Origin: a virus
Lineage: Duplodnaviria > Caudoviricetes
IMG/VR virus record: IMGVR_UViG_3300033076_000987
Span: 1-56,849 of that record
Length of the DNA: 56,849 nucleotides
Strand: one strand, 5' to 3'
The notes below the pieces were generated by a model, which worked only from the letters and a program-made list of their open reading frames with translations, did not search any database and had not been told where the DNA came from. Each line of letters begins with the position of its first letter. The first letter of the stretch is position 1. This document shows, piece after piece, positions 8,157-17,083 of this stretch. The position numbers were made by a program, and so were the translations under genes.

Positions 8157-8394
8157 CATAGACGATGAAAATAATTCGCACAAGGATCTACGCAGTTTTG
8201 TAGAAGCCAAGGTATTAGATATGATGTATTTTGGTATAGTAAGTGGTACTGGGATCAAATCCGATGCTAATCCAAAAGACGTTATCGAAAGCATTGATCT
8301 TTTAATTAAAAAGTTTGAAGCTCAAGAAGCTTATGAAAAATGCAACGAGCTCAAGAAAGTAAAACAAAAATACGATACTCATGCTGTACATTAA
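8143..8394 (+). CDS. Hypothetical protein with UVR-like C-terminus
   Basis: ...[19 protein letters not shown]. Confidence 0.7.
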   Translation: MLLFNIDDENNSHKDLRSFVEAKVLDMMYFGIVSGTGIKSDANPKDVIESIDLLIKKFEAQEAYEKCNELKKVKQKYDTHAVH

Positions 8395-8569
8395 AGTAGA
8401 AGGTAATATAGAGAAGTCTCTTAAAGAATATAAGAGAAAGGTTAATAAAACAAAACAAATTCAAGATCTTAGAAATAGACAAGAATTCGTAAAACCATCT
8501 ATTAAAAATAGATCTAAGTTTTTAAAAGCCAAATACATTCAAAAATTAAGAGACCAAGAAGAATTTTAA
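8381..8569 (+). CDS. rpsU: Ribosomal protein bS21
   Basis: IKV..NIEKSLKEYKRKV.KT...LRNRQEFVKPS..R....KAKY, the Bacteroidota-type bS21 pattern. Confidence 0.9.
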   Translation: MLYIKVEGNIEKSLKEYKRKVNKTKQIQDLRNRQEFVKPSIKNRSKFLKAKYIQKLRDQEEF

Positions 8570-8576
8570 AAAAGTG

Positions 8577-8601
8577 AAAAACCGCAATAAGCGGTTTTTT
8601 T
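8577..8601 (+). terminator. Rho-independent terminator
   Basis: aaaaaccgc-aataa-gcggttttt. Confidence 0.8.
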
Positions 8602-8664
8602 ATTTTTACAGAAAATAAAGTCCGGGCAACTGTTCAGCAATATATACATTATACAGTAGTAACA

Positions 8665-8958
8665 ATGGAACTATACATAAAAACAGTTAACAAGAAGGTG
8701 GAACACTTTAATCCAAAAGATGACAGAGACGCAATGTTGCGTGCATCTTATTACATAATTACTAAGAACTTTACCAAGACAATAAATCGTTTTGTTGTTT
8801 TTCAAGATGGTAAACAGATTGTACAAATCCCACATGGAATCGGCCAAAGAAGTCGATATATCGATATGCTTATAAAGTATTTCGAAGATCTAGAAGAATA
8901 CGAAAAATGCTCTAAATTAGCAAAACTACGAGCTGAAGTTATTGAGTTCGGAGATTAA
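8665..8958 (+). CDS. Hypothetical protein with UVR-like C-terminus
   Basis: ...LIKYFEDLEEYEKCSKL; AATATATA upstream at 8639. Confidence 0.7.
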   Translation: MELYIKTVNKKVEHFNPKDDRDAMLRASYYIITKNFTKTINRFVVFQDGKQIVQIPHGIGQRSRYIDMLIKYFEDLEEYEKCSKLAKLRAEVIEFGD

Positions 8959-8976
8959 AAATCAAATACATACTAT

Positions 8977-9681
8977 ATGAACGGAAACCAGAAGAAAAGC
9001 TCTCGAGCTTCAAGACCGCAAGAACAAGCAAAGGAATCAATGAAAACCATTGCTCTTAGACAAAATCAAAAGAAATACTTAGATACAATTTTAAATAATG
9101 ATATAACGTTCTGTTACGGTCCAGCTGGAACCTCAAAAACATTTACAGCATGTTATGCTGCGTTAGAATTATTACAAAAGAAAGAAATCAAAAGAATCAT
9201 ACTTTGTAAACCAATTCAAGAAGCTGGTGAGAAATTAGGTTTTTTACCAGGAACTGTTGATGAAAAGGTTGAACCATATCTAAAATCATACAGATCTAGT
9301 TTTGAAAAGATCGTTGGATTCTCTGCTACATACGACATGTTCGGTAATAAAGTAGTAGAATTTCAACCATTAGCATATATGAGAGGTGACACCTTTGATG
9401 ATGCATTGATGATTCTAGATGAAGCTCAAAATGCAGACTTTAAACAATTGATGCTTTTTGTAACTCGTATGGGTCAAAATTCAAAAGTAATCGTTGCTGG
9501 TGACGTTAGTCAATACGATATTGCCAAAAATAAAGTGGCTTTACCAAAATTCATGGAATTAATGAAAGGTGTTAAAGGTATCGGTACTCACGTCTTTGGC
9601 GAAAGCGATATTGTTAGAGCTAAAATCCTTCAAGAGATCGTACATAGATACGAGAAATGGAAGGACGAGAACGAGAAATGA
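8977..9681 (+). CDS. phoH: PhoH-family ATPase
   Basis: GPAGTSKT Walker A, GEKLGFLPG, LAYMRG.TF, ILDEAQN, GD..Q.D. Confidence 0.95.
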   Translation: MNGNQKKSSRASRPQEQAKESMKTIALRQNQKKYLDTILNNDITFCYGPAGTSKTFTACYAALELLQKKEIKRIILCKPIQEAGEKLGFLPGTVDEKVEPYLKSYRSSFEKIVGFSATYDMFGNKVVEFQPLAYMRGDTFDDALMILDEAQNADFKQLMLFVTRMGQNSKVIVAGDVSQYDIAKNKVALPKFMELMKGVKGIGTHVFGESDIVRAKILQEIVHRYEKWKDENEK

Positions 9682-9706
9682 AACTAGATAGCATCTGTGT
9701 GTATAA
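9681..9706 (+). promoter_or_regulatory. Class II promoter AAAC-N16-GTATAA, 5 nt before ATG
   Basis: Exact motif; implies a near-leaderless rnhB transcript. Confidence 0.7.
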
Positions 9707-9711
9707 TCTAC

Positions 9712-10332
9712 ATGACACAGATACTATTAAAAGGATTTTATAATGAACACGGCGTTGAAGTCGGTGTTGACGAGGCTGGAAGAGGAGCTTTAGCTGGACC
9801 TGTAACTGTTGCAGCATGTATTATGCCGCATGGATTTCAGCATCCTTTGATAAAAGACTCAAAGATTTTATCAGAAGGTGATAGAGCTAAAGCTCGTCAA
9901 ATAGTCCTTGATAATGCCATTGCATGGTCAGTGGTTCATATACCAGTTGAAAAGATTGAAGAGATCAATATCTTAAATGCAACCATGTTAGGTATGCAAC
10001 AAGCTCTACAAGAGACACACAAGAAAGTTAACTTTAATTTTATTCTAATTGATGGAGATCAATTCCATGGTTTCCATGGTATTCCATTTGTTACAGTTGT
10101 TGGCGGAGATAATAAATACACTTCAATTGCAGCAGCTTCTATCTTAGCTAAAACTTTCAGAGATGATTGGATGAAAGAACATGCAATAGGCAACGAAGCT
10201 TATGGATGGGGATCAAACAAAGGTTATGGCACCAAACAACACAGAGATGCTATAGCCGAGATTGGTCCATCAGAACATCACAGAACCAGCTTCATCAGCC
10301 ACATGTTAACGAAAACAACATCTTTATTTTGA
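9712..10332 (+). CDS. rnhB: Ribonuclease HII
   Basis: GVDEAGRG..AGPV, DSK.L, IDG, GD....SIAAASILAK..RD, KGYGT..H. Start set to ATG 9712. Confidence 0.95.
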   Translation: MTQILLKGFYNEHGVEVGVDEAGRGALAGPVTVAACIMPHGFQHPLIKDSKILSEGDRAKARQIVLDNAIAWSVVHIPVEKIEEINILNATMLGMQQALQETHKKVNFNFILIDGDQFHGFHGIPFVTVVGGDNKYTSIAAASILAKTFRDDWMKEHAIGNEAYGWGSNKGYGTKQHRDAIAEIGPSEHHRTSFISHMLTKTTSLF

Positions 10333-10673
10333 GAAATTTAATTATAGGAATACTACTATTCTTTTTTGGTCAGTCACTGGTGTGGCTTCAAACTAACGGT
10401 CAATTCGTTTGGCCTATTATTAAAAAGAATCCATGGTTGGTTTCAATCTTGGGTGGTACAATCATTTCCTACACCTTTATTACAGCAACTAAATATCTAG
10501 TTGAATATTATGATGGTCAACTTTGGCCAGGAAGATTCATAGGATTTGCAACAGGCATCTTAGCCTTTTCAATTTTGACTTATTTCATTATGAACGAGGG
10601 CATAAATGCAAAGACTTTGGTTTCATTGGGTTTATCAGTAGCCTTGATTTTAGTTCAACTTTTTTGGAAATAA
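10329..10673 (+). CDS. Small 4-TM membrane protein (DMT/SMR-like fold possible)
   Basis: Four hydrophobic segments; likely TTG start overlapping the rnhB stop. Confidence 0.6.
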   Translation: MRNLIIGILLFFFGQSLVWLQTNGQFVWPIIKKNPWLVSILGGTIISYTFITATKYLVEYYDGQLWPGRFIGFATGILAFSILTYFIMNEGINAKTLVSLGLSVALILVQLFWK

Positions 10674-10706
10674 ATTTTTTTATGTCAAAAGAATTTAGTA
10701 TATTTA
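10674..10706 (+). promoter_or_regulatory. Class I promoter
   Basis: tttttttatgtc...tagTATATTTAcat. Confidence 0.68.
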
Positions 10707-10731
10707 CATCATAACTTAAAAACAAATACAA

Positions 10732-10956
10732 ATGTTTACATTAACAGAAAAATTAGGAGTAATACTTGGAGCAATTGCTCTAGTAGCATTGGCAGCTGTT
10801 ATCATGGCGTGGCCAACGCAATTATTATGGAATGGTTGTTTAGTACCTGCAATCGATGGCGTGCACGAAATTGGTTTTTGGCAAGCCTTAGGACTTAACA
10901 TGTTATTCAGTATGCTTTTTAAAGCAACAGCAAAATCAACATCTAAAAAAGACTAA
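10732..10956 (+). CDS. Small membrane protein
   Basis: Two hydrophobic helices, LWN...P...I.FWQALG motif. Confidence 0.7.
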   Translation: MFTLTEKLGVILGAIALVALAAVIMAWPTQLLWNGCLVPAIDGVHEIGFWQALGLNMLFSMLFKATAKSTSKKD

Positions 10957-10958
10957 TC

Positions 10959-11375
10959 ATGGGAATGAGAATTTATCTAGACGACGTAAGAACGCCATTG
11001 GATCCAGATTGGGTTGTGGTTAGATCCTATGATGAGTTTGTAGAGAAGATTACAAATATTGGTCTAGAGAATATCGAAATGATTTCATTAGACCATGACT
11101 TAGGCGACACAGCTATGGCTGAATGGCACCGAAACGTTTTTCACAATTATGAATTGGATTACGACAACATCACAGAAAAAACTGGCATGGATTGTACCAA
11201 ATGGTTGGTTGAACAATGGTTAAATGGAGCCCCAGTTTGTCGAGTAGTAGTTCATTCCGCAAATGCTATTGGAAGTGCTAACATGATGGGTTATATTAAT
11301 AACTACAGACATATACATAGACTTCCACAGGATTGTATTAGAGTTTACTGGGACCACACAGTGGAAGAACACTAA
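10959..11375 (+). CDS. Cyclic-phosphate-processing receiver-like domain protein
   Basis: IYLDD.RTP, ISLDHDLG, TG.D..KW, VHSAN..G motifs. Confidence 0.8.
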   Translation: MGMRIYLDDVRTPLDPDWVVVRSYDEFVEKITNIGLENIEMISLDHDLGDTAMAEWHRNVFHNYELDYDNITEKTGMDCTKWLVEQWLNGAPVCRVVVHSANAIGSANMMGYINNYRHIHRLPQDCIRVYWDHTVEEH

Positions 11376-11443
11376 AAAGTTACGAACAATTTAAAAATAA
11401 ATGAGCCCAGATTTTTTAGTTTGGGCTTTTTTTTGTATATTTA
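11376..11443 (+). promoter_or_regulatory. Class I promoter cassette with stem-loop and inverted box
   Basis: AAAGTTACGAACA (reverse complement of TGTTCGTAACTTT) 11376-11388, hairpin 11404-11427, TATATTTA 11436-11443. Confidence 0.72.
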
Positions 11444-11462
11444 CATATAATTAATCAAGAAC

Positions 11463-11915
11463 ATGAAAAAGATACTTTATATTGACTTAGATGGAGTGAT
11501 GGTTGACTTAGAAAGTCACGCTATTAAACGACACGGACCAGATGCAGTTAGACACCTTGGTCGATTAACAAGTGTAGACAAAGAGTTGTTTGAGGATCCT
11601 GAGCCGATGCCAGGAGCTGTAGAGGCTTTTCAGGAGTTGTTCAATGTGTTCGATGTATATTTTCTTAGCACTGCACCTTGGTCTAACCCAACAGCTCTAT
11701 CTTCTAAAAGACGTTGGGTACAAAAACATTTGGGTAAGCTTGCTCATAAACGTCTAATCATGACTCACCGAAAAGACCTTTGTATGGGTGACTTTTTGGT
11801 CGATGACCGACCTAACAATGGAGCTGCCGAATTTAAAGGTGAATGGATCCAGTTTGGTCAACCAGGTTTTGAATCGTGGGTTGAAGTTAAAAAATATTTG
11901 ATGGAACGAGCTTGA
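11463..11915 (+). CDS. 5'(3')-deoxyribonucleotidase (NT5C, HAD)
   Basis: DLDGVMVD, P.PGAVEA, LSTAPW.NP, K.L..GDFLVDDR..NGA..F.GE.I.FG. Confidence 0.9.
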   Translation: MKKILYIDLDGVMVDLESHAIKRHGPDAVRHLGRLTSVDKELFEDPEPMPGAVEAFQELFNVFDVYFLSTAPWSNPTALSSKRRWVQKHLGKLAHKRLIMTHRKDLCMGDFLVDDRPNNGAAEFKGEWIQFGQPGFESWVEVKKYLMERA

Positions 11916-11925
11916 TATATAGTTC

Positions 11926-12879
11926 ATGAAACTTCTAAGCTTAAATGAATTTCTATTAGAGAAAAAGAACAACGAGGCAAAAGACTTATATAAGATCTAT
12001 TTAGCCATTGACCCGAAGAGCGGTCACAGATGGTGGAGCTATAAGGATTTTGCTGGTGATAATTTCTTTATTCAGATTACGCTTGATAATTACAAGGACA
12101 TGGACATCAATCCTGATTTTCCAGTTCTTAATTATAATAGTAAAGTCACTAAAGCTCTTTTAGATGCTAAATTGATTAAGCTTGAGAATGTTTACAACAA
12201 ACCTGAGTTTATTAAACAATCAGGATCCAAAGTTGAATTCCATAAGATCGTGGACGGGGATGAGAATATTCCCATGACAGTTTACTCGAAGGATGAGGCT
12301 GTGGAAAAGATCGGATTTCCTATGATTGCTAAACCCAAGGGTGGTCATAGCGGTCTAGGTATTCAAATCTTCAAAAATCAAAAAGACTTTGATAACGCCG
12401 ATCACGAAGCTTTGGATTTATACAGTCAATACGTGGACAAAAAGTCCGAACATAGAATAATCAACTTTAAGGGTCAACCGATGTATTGGATGGAAAGAAT
12501 TCCAATGAACGGTAAAGCCAAATCTGGTGACGGTAAGGGTGAAGAGCAAATGATGTTTAAATACATCTTAAGAGATCCAGCTAAATTAGAGCCAAAATAC
12601 CAAGATCTTATCAAGAAATACTGTGGTATGTTCAAAGATCTGCCTTATATCACATTTGACGTAATGGAGGACAAAGACGGTAAATTATACGTCATTGAAT
12701 CAAATGCTCAACCTGGTGTACCATTCGATAGCACAATTCAGTTATACAGAACCATCTTTAAAGACTTCTACAAAAGAGACGTTGATAACCAAACAGATGC
12801 AAAATTGAAGGATCTTTCTGATTACATGTGTAAGAAAACCTTAGAGTTAGATCCAAAACGCTTCGAAATTAAGAAATAA
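11926..12879 (+). CDS. ATP-grasp ligase (RimK-like) with capsid-targeting-like N-terminus
   Basis: FPMIAKPKGGHSGLGI, QYVDKKSEHR, FDVMED..GKLYVIESNAQPG; begins MKLLSLNEFLLE; GATATATA-N4-ATG. Confidence 0.8.
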   Translation: MKLLSLNEFLLEKKNNEAKDLYKIYLAIDPKSGHRWWSYKDFAGDNFFIQITLDNYKDMDINPDFPVLNYNSKVTKALLDAKLIKLENVYNKPEFIKQSGSKVEFHKIVDGDENIPMTVYSKDEAVEKIGFPMIAKPKGGHSGLGIQIFKNQKDFDNADHEALDLYSQYVDKKSEHRIINFKGQPMYWMERIPMNGKAKSGDGKGEEQMMFKYILRDPAKLEPKYQDLIKKYCGMFKDLPYITFDVMEDKDGKLYVIESNAQPGVPFDSTIQLYRTIFKDFYKRDVDNQTDAKLKDLSDYMCKKTLELDPKRFEIKK

Positions 12880-12889
12880 TTTCAAATAA

Positions 12890-12922
12890 ATTTTTTTATG
12901 TCGATTTTTTTGTGTATATTTA
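12890..12922 (+). promoter_or_regulatory. Class I promoter
   Basis: tttttttatgtcga...gtgTATATTTAcac. Confidence 0.68.
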
Positions 12923-12941
12923 CACTATAAATAATTGATAC

Positions 12942-13148
12942 ATGCAAATCTTATCCATTTACTTACTTATTGGCACTCTATTCAGTGCATTTACAGACTA
13001 TGCTCATTCAGTGGCTAAACGAGAGTGGCCTACCGAAGAAGCTTGGGAAAAAAGCGGCTTAAACAATCGTGATAGATTGTGGCTGATCCTTTTATGGCCC
13101 TTGGGTATTCTGTTGATTATTGTGAGACTTTTTTCAAAAAAAGGCTAA
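12942..13148 (+). CDS. Small membrane protein
   Basis: Two hydrophobic segments, LLWP motif. Confidence 0.7.
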   Translation: MQILSIYLLIGTLFSAFTDYAHSVAKREWPTEEAWEKSGLNNRDRLWLILLWPLGILLIIVRLFSKKG

Positions 13149-13152
13149 ATAA

Positions 13153-13185
13153 ATTTTTTTATGTCGAAAATTAGTTGTATATTTA
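13153..13185 (+). promoter_or_regulatory. Class I promoter
   Basis: tttttttatgtcga...ttgTATATTTAcag. Confidence 0.68.
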
Positions 13186-13210
13186 CAGTATAACAATAAA
13201 GCTAAAGAAC

Positions 13211-13549
13211 ATGAAACAACAAGTATTTACAAAAGCAAGACAACGATTCGGAACCATCTATCCAGCAAAAGCAACTGATTATGCTGTAGAGATCGTTAAA
13301 AACAAATCCATTACGATTTACAAGAATGATGTGTTAACAAACACATTTAATCTGGGTGACACTGCTGAATACGATTCTTATAATCTTAGTTACACTGGTA
13401 ACATTGTAGCAATAAGTGATAAGCGTATTGTTATGGAGTCTTATGGTCGTCGTTATTCGTTAGACCTTAACACATTCTGCTGGAGAAATTACAACTTCGA
13501 TGCTGTTAAAACAGCTGAACAAAATTTTAGAGAGTCTATGTATATCTAA
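13211..13549 (+). CDS. Hypothetical early protein
   Basis: ATG 13211 after an A-rich leader; GD.AEYDSYNL.YTG.I motif. Confidence 0.7.
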   Translation: MKQQVFTKARQRFGTIYPAKATDYAVEIVKNKSITIYKNDVLTNTFNLGDTAEYDSYNLSYTGNIVAISDKRIVMESYGRRYSLDLNTFCWRNYNFDAVKTAEQNFRESMYI

Positions 13550-13551
13550 AA

Positions 13552-13616
13552 TGTTCGTAACTTTATTTTACCAGATCAAATTTATTTAGTATATTTACAT
13601 AGTTAATCAATCAAAT
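13552..13616 (+). promoter_or_regulatory. Class I promoter cassette with TGTTCGTAACTTT box
   Basis: Box 13552-13564, TATATTTA 13590-13597, leader atagttaatcaatcaaat identical to that upstream of 6160. Confidence 0.72.
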
Positions 13617-13619
13617 CAA

Positions 13620-14033
13620 ATGAACATAGAAAACATCAAATGTAATGGTCTCACTGGAGGCTACGGTAACGCGACACTTAGCGTACGATCAACAATTCAA
13701 ACTGCTGTATCTTTATTTAGATTACGACACGAAGACATCTTAGAAATGATGCCAGCTAGTGGTCAATATCATGCTGGTCCAAGATTTAAAGACGATGAAC
13801 GCGTTACTGATCGTATTTGTTCAGGTCTTTACGAAGCTGCAATCCAAGAAGTAACTAATTCTAGTTGGCCATCTCATAATGCAACACCAGAACAATTTGT
13901 TCAGATTGTAAAATCAATCGAAGCTTTCATTGAAAATATCGGTGGCAAAGATATGGATTCTCTTATCTTAGAAGGAATGCGTGATTGTGCTGAGGCAGAT
14001 CATTGGTATCAATTTGAAAAACAGTGGGACTAA
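13620..14033 (+). CDS. Hypothetical early protein
   Basis: 137-aa ORF behind a class I promoter. Confidence 0.7.
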   Translation: MNIENIKCNGLTGGYGNATLSVRSTIQTAVSLFRLRHEDILEMMPASGQYHAGPRFKDDERVTDRICSGLYEAAIQEVTNSSWPSHNATPEQFVQIVKSIEAFIENIGGKDMDSLILEGMRDCAEADHWYQFEKQWD

Positions 14034-14049
14034 TTAACATATAACTATT

Positions 14050-14973
14050 ATGGCGATAAATTTAGGATACTGCTGCATCAATATGACTTTACAAAAGGAA
14101 CGTAAGGTTACTATTGGTCGTGGCATGATTAAGAAAACATTTGCAGAACGAGGAATCAAATATGCTAGTGAATTGGCTTTGGCCAATGTCAAAGACATGG
14201 TCGAAATCATCAAGTGGAATCATGCAAACGGTATCACTCTCTATCGCATGAGCTCTGATATGTTCCCATGGTGCAGCGAATACGAGCTTAAAGATTTACC
14301 AGACTATGACAAGATCTGCAATATCCTTAAAGGTGCAGGTACTTTGGCAAAACAATACGGTCAACGTTTGACTTTCCATCCAGGTCCATTCTCAGTTTTG
14401 GCTTCTGCTAATATGGACGTAGTCAAGAAAACCATCAAAGATCTTAATCAACATGGTGAAATCATGGATCTTATTGGTTTACCTCGTACACCTTATGCTG
14501 CTATCAATATTCATGTTAATACTACTGCACCAAATAAAGAAGATGCCATGGCAAGATTCTGTGCTAACTTCTTATTGCTTGATAGTTCAGTTAAATCTCG
14601 CTTGGTTGTAGAAAACGACGACAAGGAATCACAGTACACTGTCGAGGATCTTTACGAACATGTTTATTCTGTCATCAAAGTTCCAATCACATTTGACTAT
14701 CATCATCATTGGTGCCATCCAGGTTTATTATCACAACAACAAGCATTACGTTTAGCTTCTAAAAGTTGGCCAAAAACTGTCAAACAACTAGTTCACTTCT
14801 CTTCTTGTAAAACCATACACGAAGATGCTTCACAGACCAATAAACGTGCACATGCTGATTATCTTTACGACAATATCGATTGTTATGGTTTGGATCTTGA
14901 TGTTGAAGTAGAAGCCAAAGCTAAGGAATTAGCTGTCTTTAGATATAAAAATGAAACAATGCATAGTATCTAA
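14050..14973 (+). CDS. uvsE: UV damage endonuclease (UVDE)
   Basis: LGYCCIN, YRMSSDMFP, RLTFHPG.F.VLAS, RLVVENDDK, FDYHHH, HAD, EAKAKE. Confidence 0.95.
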   Translation: MAINLGYCCINMTLQKERKVTIGRGMIKKTFAERGIKYASELALANVKDMVEIIKWNHANGITLYRMSSDMFPWCSEYELKDLPDYDKICNILKGAGTLAKQYGQRLTFHPGPFSVLASANMDVVKKTIKDLNQHGEIMDLIGLPRTPYAAINIHVNTTAPNKEDAMARFCANFLLLDSSVKSRLVVENDDKESQYTVEDLYEHVYSVIKVPITFDYHHHWCHPGLLSQQQALRLASKSWPKTVKQLVHFSSCKTIHEDASQTNKRAHADYLYDNIDCYGLDLDVEVEAKAKELAVFRYKNETMHSI

Positions 14974-14979
14974 GTATAA
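14954..14979 (+). promoter_or_regulatory. Class II promoter AAAC-N16-GTATAA
   Basis: Exact motif overlapping the 3' end of uvsE. Confidence 0.62.
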
Positions 14980-15003
14980 AGTTAAATACTTAAATATTAT
15001 TCC

Positions 15004-15240
15004 ATGAAAAAATTCTTTAGATCCGTGAGTAGACTAACTCCACATTTTATTGCCTTATTAATGATATTGGCTGCCGGTTCAGGCCATTATATTATTGGCA
15101 ACATTTCATTTTTTGAATTTTGGGCTCTATTAGGTCTAAGTCAAATTATTTCAATGCTCGGTACATTCTTCAATAGCATCGAAGATTCAATTCGCGAAGT
15201 TGAAGAAGCTAATTCAGAAAACACACAAATCAATTCGTAA
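15004..15240 (+). CDS. Small membrane protein
   Basis: Two hydrophobic helices. Confidence 0.65.
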   Translation: MKKFFRSVSRLTPHFIALLMILAAGSGHYIIGNISFFEFWALLGLSQIISMLGTFFNSIEDSIREVEEANSENTQINS

Positions 15241-15476
15241 TGGCAGAGAATTTAAAATTAAGAGCACTTAGATCCAGATATATTGCTCAAAAAGACGAGG
15301 CATTTGCAACTTTAGAAGTTTACTTAAATAATGCTGCTGGAATCGGTGAACACCCTCAGATTATTGAAGAAATGGACAAACTTATAAGATCCATTGCCGA
15401 TGCAGATGGTTGTTTAGATGCATTATCAAAATACATAGAAACTGAACCACAACCAAAACAAGAAAATCAAGCTTAA
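15240..15476 (+). CDS. Conserved T4-like phage hypothetical protein
   Basis: YL.N.AGIGEHP.I.EE.DK motif typical of a small conserved family in aquatic T4-like phages. Confidence 0.7.
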   Translation: MAENLKLRALRSRYIAQKDEAFATLEVYLNNAAGIGEHPQIIEEMDKLIRSIADADGCLDALSKYIETEPQPKQENQA

Positions 15477-15478
15477 TT

Positions 15479-15507
15479 AAAAGGAGGACATAGTCCTCCT
15501 TTTTTTT
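15479..15507 (+). terminator. Rho-independent terminator, immediately followed by GATATATA (15508)
   Basis: aaaaggaggac-ata-gtcctcctttt plus T-run. Confidence 0.85.
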
Positions 15508-15570
15508 GATATATACAAAAATAAAGCTTGAAAAAGTTTACAAAAAGTATGGAAGGTGATAGTATAAGCC

Positions 15571-15855
15571 ATGAAAAGGGCACAGCAAATAGTAAGAGAA
15601 AACCTAGCGTCAGTCTTCTTGGTGATCGCGACGTTCCTGAACCCACTGGGTTTCGACGTGGCTTTTTATTCTGTGATGAAACTGACAGGATCCTATTGGA
15701 TTACAACTGGTATATTTTACCTTGGATCGGCGTGTTTTTTTGGTTTATATTTTTGGCTTCGTAAAAAGGATAGAAAAAAACCTATTCAAAAAGAAATTGA
15801 CTTAAAAAAAGATGCATGGACTGATGACTGGGATAACTGGCACAACCATCACTGA
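15571..15855 (+). CDS. Membrane protein
   Basis: Two TM segments and a basic tail. Confidence 0.65.
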   Translation: MKRAQQIVRENLASVFLVIATFLNPLGFDVAFYSVMKLTGSYWITTGIFYLGSACFFGLYFWLRKKDRKKPIQKEIDLKKDAWTDDWDNWHNHH

Positions 15856-15863
15856 ATAGCAAT

Positions 15864-16139
15864 ATGAAACATATTAAATTATTTGAAAACTTTGTTTTAG
15901 AATCAGCTTACGCAGAAAAGATCAAAGATCTTGGACAAAAGGCTGTTGATTTAGCTACTAAAAAGGCTGAATTAAATGCTAAAATCAAACAACTTACATC
16001 TAAGGCTGATACACCTAAAGAATCTGTTAAAGCAGAAATCGGTAGAGTACAATTGCAAATCTTGGAACTGGATCGTCAAAAAATATTGCTATCGAAAAGA
16101 ATGGCTGATCTTAATCAAAAACTTAAAAGTTTAGGATGA
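15864..16139 (+). CDS. Coiled-coil protein with capsid-targeting-like N-terminus
   Basis: Begins MKHIKLFENFVLE. Confidence 0.7.
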   Translation: MKHIKLFENFVLESAYAEKIKDLGQKAVDLATKKAELNAKIKQLTSKADTPKESVKAEIGRVQLQILELDRQKILLSKRMADLNQKLKSLG

Positions 16140-16540
16140 TCCATATAAAACTATATGAGGCTTTTATTCTTGAATCTAAATTAGATTCTGCTTATGAGCG
16201 CATAGATAGTTTACCAAAAGGATCAACCTTTGAGGATGCTAAAAAAATTGATGGTGTTTTTGATAAAAGCAAACACTCATGGAGCGAAGTAATAGAAGCA
16301 TTTGAAAAGCACCAAAATGAAGCTAAAATTAAATCGATAAATATAAAGGATATTCAAATAACTCAGCCCAATATTCAGAGTAATAAAGTAAAGGGTATGA
16401 TGACTAAATTTGATAAACTCCCTACGATTAATGTAGTTCAATTTCCCGATGGATTTGCAATATATGATGGTCACCATCGTTTATTGACAGCATGGGCGTT
16501 AGGTGAAACCAAAATTAAAGTTAATCTTGTAAAGATATGA
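16136..16540 (+). CDS. ParB/Srx-like domain protein with capsid-targeting-like N-terminus
   Basis: MIHIKLYEAFILE; TQP, IYDGHHRL motif. Confidence 0.75.
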   Translation: MIHIKLYEAFILESKLDSAYERIDSLPKGSTFEDAKKIDGVFDKSKHSWSEVIEAFEKHQNEAKIKSINIKDIQITQPNIQSNKVKGMMTKFDKLPTINVVQFPDGFAIYDGHHRLLTAWALGETKIKVNLVKI

Positions 16541-17082
16541 AACACTTAAAAGCATTTGAAGCTTTTGTTAAAGAAGCTAAGAAACCAGGTCCTCACCCAT
16601 ACATGACAGGATTGGATGACGAAACAGAAGAGAAGAAAAGGGAACAGATGAAAAAACAGGCTGAAAAAGACGATGATGACGATTCAGCTTATAAGCCAAT
16701 GCCAGGTGACAAGGAAGCTGTTGCAAAAGGCAAAGTTAAAACATCTAAACACACTAAGAAGTATCACGAATTATATGGCGAATCTGTTGATGAAGCTGAA
16801 AAGCAATCAACTGACAGAGGTCCAATTGCAGACGATGCCATTGAAACTGCTTTAAAGAAAAAGTCTGAAGAAACTGGAGTGCCTATTGGAATTATTAGAG
16901 CTGTAATGAGAAGAGGTATGGCTGCTTGGAAAACTGGTCACAGACCTGGTGCAAATGAGCAACAATGGGGTTATGCGAGAGTTAATTCATTTTTGACTAA
17001 ACAAAAAGGAACTTGGGGTGGAGCCGATAAAGATCTTGCTAAAGAGGTTAGAGACGGTGGCCATGACAAAGACATGAAGTAA
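16537..17082 (+). CDS. DUF5824-like protein with capsid-targeting-like N-terminus
   Basis: MKHLKAFEAFVKE; RRG.AAWKTGHRPGA..QQWGYARVNSF. Confidence 0.7.
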   Translation: MKHLKAFEAFVKEAKKPGPHPYMTGLDDETEEKKREQMKKQAEKDDDDDSAYKPMPGDKEAVAKGKVKTSKHTKKYHELYGESVDEAEKQSTDRGPIADDAIETALKKKSEETGVPIGIIRAVMRRGMAAWKTGHRPGANEQQWGYARVNSFLTKQKGTWGGADKDLAKEVRDGGHDKDMK

Positions 17083-17083
17083 T

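Noticed and set aside
15528-15764. 78-aa ORF overlapping 15571-15855
   Set aside because: TTG start and near-complete overlap with a more plausible membrane-protein ORF that abuts the next gene.
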